From assembly GCA_963796365.1 (NCBI GenBank), contig CAWCLJ010000004.1, forward strand, positions 1,354,519-1,418,518: a stretch of 64,000 nt of DNA, written 5' to 3'. The notes under the pieces are model-generated. The model saw only the letters and a program-made list of their open reading frames with translations. It did no database searches and was not told the origin of the DNA. This document shows positions 37,127 to 47,004 of this stretch, piece by piece. Origin of the DNA: an uncultured Chloroflexia bacterium (lineage in GTDB: Bacteria; Chloroflexota; Dehalococcoidia; Dehalococcoidales; RBG-16-60-22). Positions within the stretch are counted from its first letter, which is position 1, and the number at the start of each line of letters is the position of its first letter. The translations under genes were made by a program, and so were the position numbers.

Positions 37127-38977
37127 ATGTCCAGAGGGTACATGGGAAAAGTACTCAAGGTGGACTTGTCCCAAAAAACATTCAAGGATTACGTTTTAGA
37201 TGAAAAAATGTGCCGTGATTACATCGGCGGGTACGGTCTCGCTGCCAAGCTGCTCTGGGACTGGCAAAAGGGCGGCATCGACCCGCTGGGCGCGGAAGCC
37301 AACCTCGGTTTCATTACCGGGCCGCTGACCGGTACGCCCGCGATATCCGGAACGCGCTTTACGGTCTGCGGGAAATCGCCGTTGACCGGTGGGTGGGGGG
37401 ATGCCAACGGCGGCGGTCATTTTGCGGCATTCTTAAAGTTTGCCGGGTATGACGGCGTCTTTTTATCCGGGATTTCACCAAAACCGGTCTATCTCTATAT
37501 CGAAAACGGTAAGGCGGAACTAAGAGACGCCTCCCATCTCTGGGGCAAAGACTGCTATGAAACGGATGATTTGCTGAAAGCGGAGCTGGGCAAAGATGCG
37601 GAAATCGCCTGCATCGGCCCGGCCGGGGAAAAGCTTTCCCTTATATCCGGCATCGTGCATATGAAAGGCAGTGTCGCCGCGCGCTCCGGACTGGGCGCCG
37701 TTATGGGCTCGAAAAAGCTCAAGGCGGTTGTCGTTAAAGGTAATATGAAAGTACCCGTCGCCGATGAGCCGGGCTTGAAAGAACTGCGCAAGAAAATGAT
37801 GGCGATGATGGGCGGTCATATATCCGTCCTGCGGCAGTTCGGCACCACCTTTACCACCGTCCCCAGCATTGAAGGCGGCGACTCACCAGTAAGAAACTAC
37901 GGCGGGGTGGCACAGACGGATTTCCCGGATGCCGGCGGCTTGAGCGCCGAAGAAGTAGCCAACCGCAGCTTAAAACGTATCGCCTGCTACCAGTGCCCTA
38001 TCGGGTGCGAAGCCGCAATGAAAGCAGGCACTGGCCGGTACAAATGGCCGGAAGGCTCCTACCGCCCGGAATATGAGACTATCGTGATGTTCGGCAGTAA
38101 CTGCCTGAACAATAATATAGACTCGGTCATCAAAGCCAACGACCTTTGCAACCAGTTTGGTATTGATACCATATCAGGCGGTTCGGTAGTGGCTTTCGCT
38201 ATGGAGTGCTACGAGCACGGCATCATCACGAAAAAAGATACCGGCGGGCTGGACCTGTCCTGGGGCAACCACGAGGCCGTGGTCGCGCTGACGGAAATGA
38301 TTTGCAAGCGTGAAGGCATCGGCAATATCCTCGCGGACGGCGTGGCCGTAGCCGCGAAAAAACTCGGCAGAGGCGCGGAACAGTATGCCATGCATGTGCA
38401 CGGCCAGGAAGTGCCCGGCCACAGCCCCATCGCTACCCCGGCCATGGCTACCACCTATGCCGCCAGCGCCACACCGGGACGCCATACCCAGGGCTCATCG
38501 GAACACCATAATAAAGGCCTGTTGCCGGACTTCAACCGGACCCTTTACACTGGCCGAGGCGGGGTTCAAAAGCGGGGCGCCTGCTTCCAGAACTCGCTGA
38601 TGTGCTCCGGATACTGCTTGTTCGTTAACTCGGCTTTCCCGGATGCGGACAATATCGCCTCATTCATGGTGCCGGTAACCGGCTGGCCGGTAACGACCGA
38701 TGAACTGGTGGAGACCGGGGAACGCATCGAGAACATGCGCCAGGCCTTTAACCTGCGCGAGGGCGTCAAGCTAATCGACTTCAAGATTGCCGGGCGGCTG
38801 GTGGGCAAACCTCCTAAGAAGAGCGGCCCGATGGCGGGCGTGACCACGGATAATGATGTCATGCTGAAGGACTACTTTGCCGCGATGGGCTGGGACCCGG
38901 CAACCGGCATGTTGAGTAAGAAGCGGATGGAGGAGCTGGGGATGGGGGATATAGCAAAAGCGCTGAAGCTGAAGTAG
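37127..38977 (+). CDS. aor: Aldehyde:ferredoxin oxidoreductase family (tungstopterin) enzyme
   Basis: 616 aa. N-terminal GYMGKVLKVDLS, 4Fe-4S ligands CYQCPIGC, and an AOR family body. Confidence 0.92.
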   Translation: MSRGYMGKVLKVDLSQKTFKDYVLDEKMCRDYIGGYGLAAKLLWDWQKGGIDPLGAEANLGFITGPLTGTPAISGTRFTVCGKSPLTGGWGDANGGGHFAAFLKFAGYDGVFLSGISPKPVYLYIENGKAELRDASHLWGKDCYETDDLLKAELGKDAEIACIGPAGEKLSLISGIVHMKGSVAARSGLGAVMGSKKLKAVVVKGNMKVPVADEPGLKELRKKMMAMMGGHISVLRQFGTTFTTVPSIEGGDSPVRNYGGVAQTDFPDAGGLSAEEVANRSLKRIACYQCPIGCEAAMKAGTGRYKWPEGSYRPEYETIVMFGSNCLNNNIDSVIKANDLCNQFGIDTISGGSVVAFAMECYEHGIITKKDTGGLDLSWGNHEAVVALTEMICKREGIGNILADGVAVAAKKLGRGAEQYAMHVHGQEVPGHSPIATPAMATTYAASATPGRHTQGSSEHHNKGLLPDFNRTLYTGRGGVQKRGACFQNSLMCSGYCLFVNSAFPDADNIASFMVPVTGWPVTTDELVETGERIENMRQAFNLREGVKLIDFKIAGRLVGKPPKKSGPMAGVTTDNDVMLKDYFAAMGWDPATGMLSKKRMEELGMGDIAKALKLK

Positions 38978-39471
38978 TACACCGCAAGTAAAGTTACACT
39001 GTGAGGTAAAAAAATAAACGAAAGTGTTAACGTAATAAGCGAAATACAGGCAAATCTAGAAAAATGCCTCATTTTTCCCTCCCTTTACAAATGTTTAATC
39101 CAGTGAAAATATTCTATAAGAAGCGAGAGGGGGAAAAGATTCGTAGAAGGTATTATACAGTTTATATAGTTGTATATAAAACAGTAAGCGTTTCCGTACC
39201 CGGATAGCCGAATTATTATGGTTCAACCCCCTAACTCCCCCAATCTTGGGGGACTTGTAGGAGACGGGGGGCACCCGCGTCCGCCTCAGGCGGACCGCCA
39301 GAGGAAATTTCCTCTGGACTTCTTTCAACACATTCCGAATAAAGCCTGAATTTGGTTATATCAATTATCATCCGTATGTGTTAAAATGAACATTCTTTGC
39401 ATGTCGAACGCGGCAAGAGTATAATGTATCACGTTATATCGGTATAATTTTCAAGTTTCAGGCAACCATCC

Positions 39472-41253
39472 ATGAACGTTATTAGAAGAATACTGTCGTT
39501 TGTGCGGCAGTACTGGTATATGTTCATCCTCGCCTTCATCTGCCTGGCTATCGGAACGGGGCTGGGGATACTTATCCCTTATCTGCTCGGAGACGGCATC
39601 GATGCGGCGGTGGATAAGGGCAACCTGACCTTTTTCTTTTTTCACTTTTCAGATTCCCGCAGCATGATATTCTGGCTGGCGGGGATTCTCATCGGTACCA
39701 GCATCATCCGGGGTTTTTCCGGCTACGGGCAGCGTTACTACAACGAGGCGCTGGCCCAGCAGACTACTTATTTTATGAGGAATGCCCTTTACGAGCGCAT
39801 CCAACGGTTGAGCTTCTCCTTCCATGATAAGTCCCAGACGGGGCAGCTGATGTCCCGGGCGACCGTAGATATAGAAGCTGTCCGCATGTTCATCGCCACG
39901 GGGATTCTTGGTATGCTGCAGATTATCATAATGCTCATCGTCGTGTCGTATTTGCTGCTGGAGATAAACAGGCCGCTGGCGCTTTTGATGATAGCTTTCG
40001 TTGTTCCGGTCTGCTATCTTGCCATCATGTTCCACCGGAAAATACGGCCTATCTGGCTGAAAGTGCAGGCGGTATTCGGTTATTTAGGCACTACGCTGGA
40101 AGAAAGTTTGGCCGGCATCAGCGTGGTCAAAGCTTTTTCACACGAGAAGGAAGACAGCCGGATATTTGCCGCCCAGGCCCAGGAACTTTCCGATGAGCAA
40201 ATACACGCCGCCAAGCTGATGGGCGTCAACGCACCCACCATGACGCTGCTGTTCACTATTCCTTCCGCGATTATCTTATGGTATGGCGGGCGGCAGGTGG
40301 TGGCCGGAAATATGACCATCGGGCAGGTGACCGAGTTCATCCTCTATATCGGTATGCTGGTGATGCCGGTACGACGCCTGGGAATCCTGGTCAATCTTTA
40401 CTCCCGCACCATTTCCGCCGGGCAGCGTATCATTGAAATCCTTGATACCAAATCCGATGTCCAGGAAAAGCCCAAAGCCATCGAACTGGGCCGGGCTAAA
40501 GGGGCGGTTTCTTTCAATAACGTCAGCTTCAGTTATGATAGCGTCGGCCCGGCGCTGAAAGAAGTCAGTTTTGACGTTAAACCGGGCCAGCTGGTGGCTT
40601 TACTGGGACGTTCCGGGAGCGGAAAAAGCACCATTGCCAATCTGCTGGGGCGCTTTTACGATATCACCGAAGGAAGCATCACGGTTGATGGCGTGGATAT
40701 CCGCGATGTCACCCTGTCATCCCTGCGTAAGAATGTCGTCGCCGCACAGCAGGACGTTTTCCTTTTCTCCGCCACCATTAAAGAGAATATTGCATATGGC
40801 GCTGTAAACGCCTCCATGGACCGGATAATTGAGGTATCCAAAGCGGCCAACCTGCATAAGTTTATAGAGACGCTGCCGGAGGGTTATAACACCTGGGTAG
40901 GGGAACGCGGCGATACACTATCCGGCGGGGAAAAGCAGCGCCTCTCTATCGCCCGGACATTGCTGGTCAACCCCAGCATTTTAATATTGGATGACTCCAC
41001 CGCCAGTGTGGACGCGGAAACGGAAAGGCTCATCCGGCAGGCGCTGGACACGCTAATCAAGAACCGCACGACTTTTATCATCACCCACCGTATACCGATA
41101 ATCCAGAATGCGGACATCATCCTGATGCTGGAGGACGGCCGGCTGGCGGCAAAAGGCCGACATGAAGAGTTGCTGGCAGGCAATAGTATTTATAAAGAAA
41201 TCTACGAAGACCAGTTGATGATGCATAAGAACGAAGATGGAGTGTTAGACTAG
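39472..41253 (+). CDS. ABC exporter, fused permease/ATPase subunit 1
   Basis: 593 aa with six TM helices plus an NBD (GRSGSGKST, LSGGEKQR, ILILDD). Confidence 0.9.
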   Translation: MNVIRRILSFVRQYWYMFILAFICLAIGTGLGILIPYLLGDGIDAAVDKGNLTFFFFHFSDSRSMIFWLAGILIGTSIIRGFSGYGQRYYNEALAQQTTYFMRNALYERIQRLSFSFHDKSQTGQLMSRATVDIEAVRMFIATGILGMLQIIIMLIVVSYLLLEINRPLALLMIAFVVPVCYLAIMFHRKIRPIWLKVQAVFGYLGTTLEESLAGISVVKAFSHEKEDSRIFAAQAQELSDEQIHAAKLMGVNAPTMTLLFTIPSAIILWYGGRQVVAGNMTIGQVTEFILYIGMLVMPVRRLGILVNLYSRTISAGQRIIEILDTKSDVQEKPKAIELGRAKGAVSFNNVSFSYDSVGPALKEVSFDVKPGQLVALLGRSGSGKSTIANLLGRFYDITEGSITVDGVDIRDVTLSSLRKNVVAAQQDVFLFSATIKENIAYGAVNASMDRIIEVSKAANLHKFIETLPEGYNTWVGERGDTLSGGEKQRLSIARTLLVNPSILILDDSTASVDAETERLIRQALDTLIKNRTTFIITHRIPIIQNADIILMLEDGRLAAKGRHEELLAGNSIYKEIYEDQLMMHKNEDGVLD

Positions 41254-41254
41254 T

Positions 41255-43060
41255 ATGTTTCACGGCGGAGGGGGCGGAGCTCCCGGGCGCGGTTTTGATG
41301 ACGATGAAGTGCTGGGCAAAGTCTATGACAGTAAGGTCATCGGGCGGCTGCCGAAGTATCTGACGCCGGTAAAAGGCTGGATAAGCCTGGGGACTTTCGG
41401 CATGCTGGTCCGCACCCTGACTACGCTGGCTACACCCTATCTGGTGGGCCTGGGGACCGATTATATCATCGCCGCAAATATGAAAGGCCTGGGCATCGTC
41501 GCTATTATATATATTGTAATCTCCATCGTGATGTGGGGCGGCGGGTACCTGGAAAACGTTTACCTGGCCTACGCCGGGCAGGCGATTATTTATCATCTGC
41601 GGACGGATATGTTCGACCATTTGCACCGGCTCTCGCTCGGCTTCTTCGATACTCATAAAGTCGGCAAGCTGATGTCCCGCGTCCAGAATGATGTTTATCA
41701 GATACAGGAACTGGTCACACAGGGTATTTTAACGCTGATTACGAGCTTTTTAACGCTGGCGGGCATTGCGATCATTATGCTTATCATGGACGTGAAACTG
41801 GCTTTGATAACGCTCACCGTTATTCCCGTCATGGTTGTCTTAACATGGTTATGGCAGAAATACGCGCGGAAGGCATTTCTCCAGGTGCGGCGCGCCATCG
41901 CGGTGGTCAACGCCCAGCTCCAGGAAGATATGGCCGGCGTCAGGGTGGTGCAGAGCCTTTCCCGTGAAGAAGAAAATATGGAGCAGTTCGATGGGGTAAA
42001 CCGTGCCCATTACGATGCCAATATTACCGCCGTCAAATGGGAAGCGTTAATCATGCCGATGATACAAATATCCACGGGCGTTTCCTATGCCATCGTCATT
42101 ATCTTCGGAGGCTTCCAGGTGCTGAACGGTACGATGATGGTGGGCTTGCTGTTGAGCTTTTTGCTTTATGTCCAGCGCTTCTTCGACCCAGTGCTGGAGC
42201 TTTCCATGCAATATACGGAACTGCAGCGGGCGATGGCTTCCGGGACGCGTATTTTCGAGTTGCTGGATGTGAAACCGGAAATCGAGGACCGAAAAGATGC
42301 GGTGCCGTTGCCGCCGGTCAAAGGTGAGATAGTATTCAAGGACATGAGTTTTGCTTACGAGCCCGGTAAAGATGTCCTGCATGACATCAACCTGACTGTT
42401 AAGCCGGGAGAAAATGTCGCCATCGTGGGGCAGACGGGGTCCGGCAAGAGCTCGCTGGTCAGCCTGGCGGCGCGTTTTTACGAGGTGACCAAGGGAGCGG
42501 TAACGGTGGACGGCCATGATGTCCGCTCGGTCACCCAGCAATCGCTGCGGAAACAGATAGGCATCGTGCCGCAGGACCCGATTCTTTTCTCCGGCACCAT
42601 CGAGGAAAATATTAAATTCGGCCGGCTGGAAGCCACCCACGAACAGGTGGAGGAGGTGGCTAAAACGGTGGGGGCGCATAGTTTTATCAGCCGGCTGGAT
42701 AAAGGCTATGAAACGCTAGTAGGGCAGCGCGGCGTGAATTTAAGCGCCGGACAGCGCCAGCTTATCTGCATGGCGCGCGCCGTCCTCGCCGACCCGCGCA
42801 TTTTAATACTTGACGAAGCGACATCCAACATCGATACCAACACCGAGCGCATTATGCAGCGGGCACTGAAAAAACTGACCAGGGGACGTACCTGCCTGAC
42901 TATCGCCCACCGGCTTTCCACCGTGACCGGTGCGGACCGCATTATCGTGCTGGAAAAAGGCAAAATCATCGAGGAAGGGACGCATAAAGCGCTGCTGGCC
43001 AAAGGCGGGCTCTACCAGAAGATGTATAAGACCTTAAGCGCGCCGGACATGGCGGGATAA
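41255..43060 (+). CDS. ABC exporter, fused permease/ATPase subunit 2
   Basis: 601 aa. GQTGSGKSS, LSAGQRQL, ILILDEA. Adjacent to subunit 1, which implies a heterodimer. Confidence 0.9.
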   Translation: MFHGGGGGAPGRGFDDDEVLGKVYDSKVIGRLPKYLTPVKGWISLGTFGMLVRTLTTLATPYLVGLGTDYIIAANMKGLGIVAIIYIVISIVMWGGGYLENVYLAYAGQAIIYHLRTDMFDHLHRLSLGFFDTHKVGKLMSRVQNDVYQIQELVTQGILTLITSFLTLAGIAIIMLIMDVKLALITLTVIPVMVVLTWLWQKYARKAFLQVRRAIAVVNAQLQEDMAGVRVVQSLSREEENMEQFDGVNRAHYDANITAVKWEALIMPMIQISTGVSYAIVIIFGGFQVLNGTMMVGLLLSFLLYVQRFFDPVLELSMQYTELQRAMASGTRIFELLDVKPEIEDRKDAVPLPPVKGEIVFKDMSFAYEPGKDVLHDINLTVKPGENVAIVGQTGSGKSSLVSLAARFYEVTKGAVTVDGHDVRSVTQQSLRKQIGIVPQDPILFSGTIEENIKFGRLEATHEQVEEVAKTVGAHSFISRLDKGYETLVGQRGVNLSAGQRQLICMARAVLADPRILILDEATSNIDTNTERIMQRALKKLTRGRTCLTIAHRLSTVTGADRIIVLEKGKIIEEGTHKALLAKGGLYQKMYKTLSAPDMAG

Positions 43061-43410
43061 TCCGGGAAAGTATCAAATGTCAAGTAACAAGTATCAAAGA
43101 AGTGGCAAGTGGTAAAAGGAAGAAGATACAATCACCAAGAAACAATAACCAAACAATATTCAATCAATTAATTCCCAAGTCGTCATCCTCGCGTACGCGG
43201 GGATCCACCACGGAAAAGCGATTGATAGCTGAAGTCATTGCTGGATTCCTGCCGGAGTTTATACTGAGTGAAACGAACGTGCAGGAATGACGTATAAAGG
43301 ATTGAATATTGTAATTTGGAATTTGTTTGTAATTTGCATCTTGTATCTTGGTTATTTTTCTTTACCCCTTGTTATTTGATCCGCCTTCGGCGGACTACTT
43401 GTTACTTAAT
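43061..43410. repeat. ~350-bp composite palindromic element: word-stutter arms flanking a family B hairpin core
   Basis: The left arm gtatcaaatgtcaagtaacaagtatcaaag...aataaccaaac and the right arm ...ggttatttttc...cttgttacttaat are inverted. The core is at 43243-43291. Confidence 0.55.
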
Positions 43411-43412
43411 AG

Positions 43413-44267
43413 CTACGGCTGTTTCGCGGCTACCATTATAATGTGGCTGCCGGTATCCACTAAACCGGGTTCGTGATTTAGCTTCTTTTCCATTTCCACG
43501 ACAGTTTTCAAGACCGCCGGGTCGGCGGCTAATTGCTCATTAACCGGGGCAAATTCACGTATGACTGCGTTGGATGCCGCGATTTCCAGTATCATACAAT
43601 CCTTGAATAATGAGGCCAATTCTTCAGCGGTAAAAAGGCGCATCGGTGCATTATCCATGCCAACGCGTCTATTGTGGATGCCGGACAAAATATTCTTTTC
43701 CAGAACCGGCCAGATGCCCGGAAGACCCGGTTTATCTCCATCGGGATTTTGCAGGTTAGGGATGTCCGGCAACTGCACTTCATTAATGACCGGCCCCAGC
43801 AGGCTCATCACGCTGACCAGGATAACCCCACCCGGCTCGGCCACCCTTATCAGTTCATTTGCCGCTTTTTGGCTGTTTTCACAAATGTAAGATAGTGCTC
43901 CGCCGAAGCACACCACCACGTCAAACTGACCGTCAGCAAACATGGAAAGATTGCAGATATCCGCCCGGATATATCGGTCTATTTTATCAATTTGGCCGGC
44001 TTCGGTTATCTTCTCTTCGGCTATCTCAAGCTGCTTATCGGAAATATCGAGGACGGTAACTTTTGCCCCGGCTTTCGCGGCGATAATACTAAAGCGCCCC
44101 GGCCCTGCCCCAGCGTCCAGTACTCGGTCGCCGGATTTTACATAGTTTTTAAGAATATCTTCATGGATAATGGCTTGCAGGCGCCCGTACGGCGCGGCTT
44201 CCAGCCGCTGCCATTCGATGTCGCCGTAGGCGTTATAGAATTTCCGGGTGTATTCCGCATCGTACAT
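43413..44267 (-). CDS. Class I SAM-dependent methyltransferase
   Basis: 284 aa. VLDAGAGPGRFS motif I. Confidence 0.8.
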   Translation of the reverse strand: MYDAEYTRKFYNAYGDIEWQRLEAAPYGRLQAIIHEDILKNYVKSGDRVLDAGAGPGRFSIIAAKAGAKVTVLDISDKQLEIAEEKITEAGQIDKIDRYIRADICNLSMFADGQFDVVVCFGGALSYICENSQKAANELIRVAEPGGVILVSVMSLLGPVINEVQLPDIPNLQNPDGDKPGLPGIWPVLEKNILSGIHNRRVGMDNAPMRLFTAEELASLFKDCMILEIAASNAVIREFAPVNEQLAADPAVLKTVVEMEKKLNHEPGLVDTGSHIIMVAAKQP

Positions 44268-44439
44268 AATGGGGTATTATACCATACTGATCATTCCTCA
44301 TATTTTCTGAATATTTCAAAATATTGGGAAAATAATCCGGTTTATTCCAATTCGTGATAATATAACGTTGACCTTCCAGTTAACCGATGGTACAATGTTG
44401 ACGCTAAGTTTCTGAAGAAAGGAAATACTGGTACCCGAT

Positions 44440-44721
44440 ATGACGAAGTGGAAGATACCGATGTATGGCCTGCCGCGGGAAATTACCGAGCTGCGGGAAG
44501 TGGAAGTTGAATTAAATGATAACGCTGATATGGCGGAAGTCATCGCCGCCATGAAAGAAAAAATTCCCTCCCTGGAAGGTCCTGTTATCCGTACCGGAGA
44601 GAACCGGCTTGTCGAGCAGTTTAAATTCAACGTTAACGGGCGTTTTTATTTTGACGGCCAGAATTTTACCCTGCAAAAAGGCGACCGCATTGCTTTGCTG
44701 GTACCGATGACCGGCGGCTAA
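44440..44721 (+). CDS. MoaD/ThiS-family ubiquitin-like sulfur-carrier protein (C-terminal GG)
   Basis: 93 aa, ending ...LLVPMTGG immediately before the stop. Confidence 0.55.
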   Translation: MTKWKIPMYGLPREITELREVEVELNDNADMAEVIAAMKEKIPSLEGPVIRTGENRLVEQFKFNVNGRFYFDGQNFTLQKGDRIALLVPMTGG

Positions 44722-44754
44722 TGCCTTGAATAATCAAAAAATGATTAAAACTGA

Positions 44755-44783
44755 CTTGACAATGGCAGATTATAGATGTATCA
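44755..44783 (+). promoter_or_regulatory. Sigma70-like promoter TTGACA-17-TATCAT
   Basis: TTGACA 44755-44760, TATCAT 44778-44783, about 180 nt upstream of the SBP gene. Confidence 0.45.
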
Positions 44784-44964
44784 TTCTGCCAAATTCCTGT
44801 TTTTAAGGGGCGAGGAAGTCGCCGCTAAAGCTGTGCGCGTGAGGAGTGACGCGAACAGCGTTTACGCAAAAAATATATAAAAGTTAATAATCAGGAGGAG
44901 GTGATGGATGTCCTGAAGTTTTGAGAACTATTTGCTCTAAAAATAATAGGAGTGAAAGGAAAGC

Positions 44965-46704
44965 ATGAAAAGATTCGTATTTTTAACTCTGGCAATCATC
45001 ATCGTATTGAGTATGACGCTCGTCGGTTGCGGCAGCTCAACCAGCACAACCTCAACCAGTACAGCCTCCACCAGTACAACCTCCACTACTTCCACTCCCA
45101 CGGGGCCTATGACGACAGTCATTAACACTCAAACTGAGACTATTACTACTGTACCTACTTCAGCGGCGCCTACAGCCAGTTCCACGACGGGCATTGGCGC
45201 TCTAGCCAAACCGGAAGGCGGTAAATCAGGCGGACGCCTCCAGTTACAGGCAGGCCTCAACATTAATAATATCGGTGACCCCTCCGGCACCGCCGGCCCG
45301 AGCGATGCGGCATACTCCTTCCCGGTTGTCGAGCCGCTGTTCATCCTGGACAAGAACGGTGACCTCGTACCCTGGCTGGCTTCAGGATATACTCCGGCTC
45401 CGGATGGCTCCTCATTGACAATTACACTCCGTCAGGGCATCAATTACACCGACGGCACTCCGTTCAATGCCCAAGTCGCGGCGTGGAACATTACTACTAA
45501 CGGCATCAACAGCGCTATGTGGCCCAACATGAAGAATGTCGAGGATTGCGTCGTCGTTGATGATTATACCATCAGACTCGACTTTGTAGGCGGCAAATGG
45601 AACTGGACCGCCATATCGAGTCTCGCCGGGTTCTGGAGCTGCTGCATGTTCGACCCGACGTCCCTGCAGTCTAATGATGCCACGTGGAAGCATACCCACG
45701 TTGTCGGCACTGGCCCCTTCATCCTCACCAACTACGTCCAGGACCAGAAACTGTCTTACGACGCTAACCCCAATTACTGGAGAGGCAAGCCTTACCTGGA
45801 CGGTATCGATTATAATATCATCGCCGATACGACGGTCGCCCTCCTGGCCTATGATGCCGGGACCATCGATGTACTCGGCGTTCAGCCGAAAGACGCCCAG
45901 AACCTGATTAACGGCGGTTTCACTATCACCACAACCAGCGATATGGTAATGAATCTGTGCATGATACCTTCCAGCGGTAATCCGAACTCCACGCTGAAAG
46001 ATATCAGAATCCGCCAAGCGGTTGAATATGCGATCGATAAACAGGCGCTGGTAAACGCCCTCACTTACGGCTACGGCGTAGCCACGAACCAGGAGTTCTG
46101 CCTGCCGCCTTATCAGGACCCGACGACCGTTGGCTATACATTCGATACGACCAAGTCCAAAGCACTTCTGACGCAGGCCGGCTATCCTAACGGGTTCACG
46201 ACGACACTATACTACGTACAGGGTATGCCTACAGACCTGCCGTTAGCGTTACAGGGCCAGTTAGCTGACGCCGGTATCACGCTTAACCTCGTGGCCGTCG
46301 GCTATATCCAGTTCGTAAATATGATCCAGGGCGGCCAGGGCTGGGATGGGTACGTATTCTCCTACGGTTTCCCGGGTACTACGGTTGACCCGTCCAGCAC
46401 CCTCAGCAACGGCCCGCTCAATGCCATCAGCGTTAACGGCACCTGGAAGATTACTACCTGGGATAGCTGTGCCGAGCCTGACGAAATCTGCAACCTGTTC
46501 GCGCAGTCTAACCAAGAACAGGATCCCGCCAAGAGGACGGCTGATATCCAGGAAATCTCCAGGTTGATGACCGATAAATATTGTATGTGGACCTTCTTCT
46601 ACTATACTCCTGGCCTCATGTCGGTAGCTCCTTACGTTAAGGGCTGTACAATAGGTCAAGATACCGAGTGGTTCCCTTATGACTACTGCTGGTTGAACAA
46701 GTAG
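44965..46704 (+). CDS. Family-5 peptide ABC substrate-binding lipoprotein with Ser/Thr-rich linker
   Basis: Lipobox LVGC, an STSTTSTSTASTSTTSTTST linker, and an SBP_bac_5-like body. Confidence 0.88.
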   Translation: MKRFVFLTLAIIIVLSMTLVGCGSSTSTTSTSTASTSTTSTTSTPTGPMTTVINTQTETITTVPTSAAPTASSTTGIGALAKPEGGKSGGRLQLQAGLNINNIGDPSGTAGPSDAAYSFPVVEPLFILDKNGDLVPWLASGYTPAPDGSSLTITLRQGINYTDGTPFNAQVAAWNITTNGINSAMWPNMKNVEDCVVVDDYTIRLDFVGGKWNWTAISSLAGFWSCCMFDPTSLQSNDATWKHTHVVGTGPFILTNYVQDQKLSYDANPNYWRGKPYLDGIDYNIIADTTVALLAYDAGTIDVLGVQPKDAQNLINGGFTITTTSDMVMNLCMIPSSGNPNSTLKDIRIRQAVEYAIDKQALVNALTYGYGVATNQEFCLPPYQDPTTVGYTFDTTKSKALLTQAGYPNGFTTTLYYVQGMPTDLPLALQGQLADAGITLNLVAVGYIQFVNMIQGGQGWDGYVFSYGFPGTTVDPSSTLSNGPLNAISVNGTWKITTWDSCAEPDEICNLFAQSNQEQDPAKRTADIQEISRLMTDKYCMWTFFYYTPGLMSVAPYVKGCTIGQDTEWFPYDYCWLNK

Positions 46705-46744
46705 AGGGAAAAGAATAAGAGCCGTAAAAACGGCAGAGAAATAA

Positions 46745-46782
46745 AGTACGGGCCTCGAGAAATCGAGGCCCGTACTATTTTT
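46745..46782. terminator. Bidirectional intrinsic terminator
   Basis: Perfect 14-bp stem agtacgggcctcga/tcgaggcccgtact with loop gaaa, followed by attttt. It lies between convergent genes. Confidence 0.8.
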
Positions 46783-47004
46783 AGTTCAGGGAGTAAGGAG
46801 TATTGGTGAGTATCAACTGTCAATCGGCTGGTGATAAAGGAGAGAGATACTAAATTCTGATATCTAAATTCTAATGCTCGCCTTATTCCCTATTACCCAA
46901 TGAGAGGAGAGGCCAGGAGCCACACCCCCGGAGCCCCCGCCAGAGGGAGTTATCTCTGGACTCTCTTTGGGATTTAGTACTTAGAATATTTTTCCTTTTC
47001 TCTT

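Noticed and set aside
41117-42679. Long minus-strand ORFs (179 aa and 210 aa) inside the ABC exporter genes.
   Set aside because: They are antisense to genes with unambiguous ABC motifs, and their products are Arg/His/Gln-rich low-complexity sequence typical of shadow frames in GC-rich coding DNA.
45412-46017. A 201-aa minus-strand ORF inside the SBP gene.
   Set aside because: It is antisense to a well-supported family-5 SBP and has no motifs. It is a shadow ORF.
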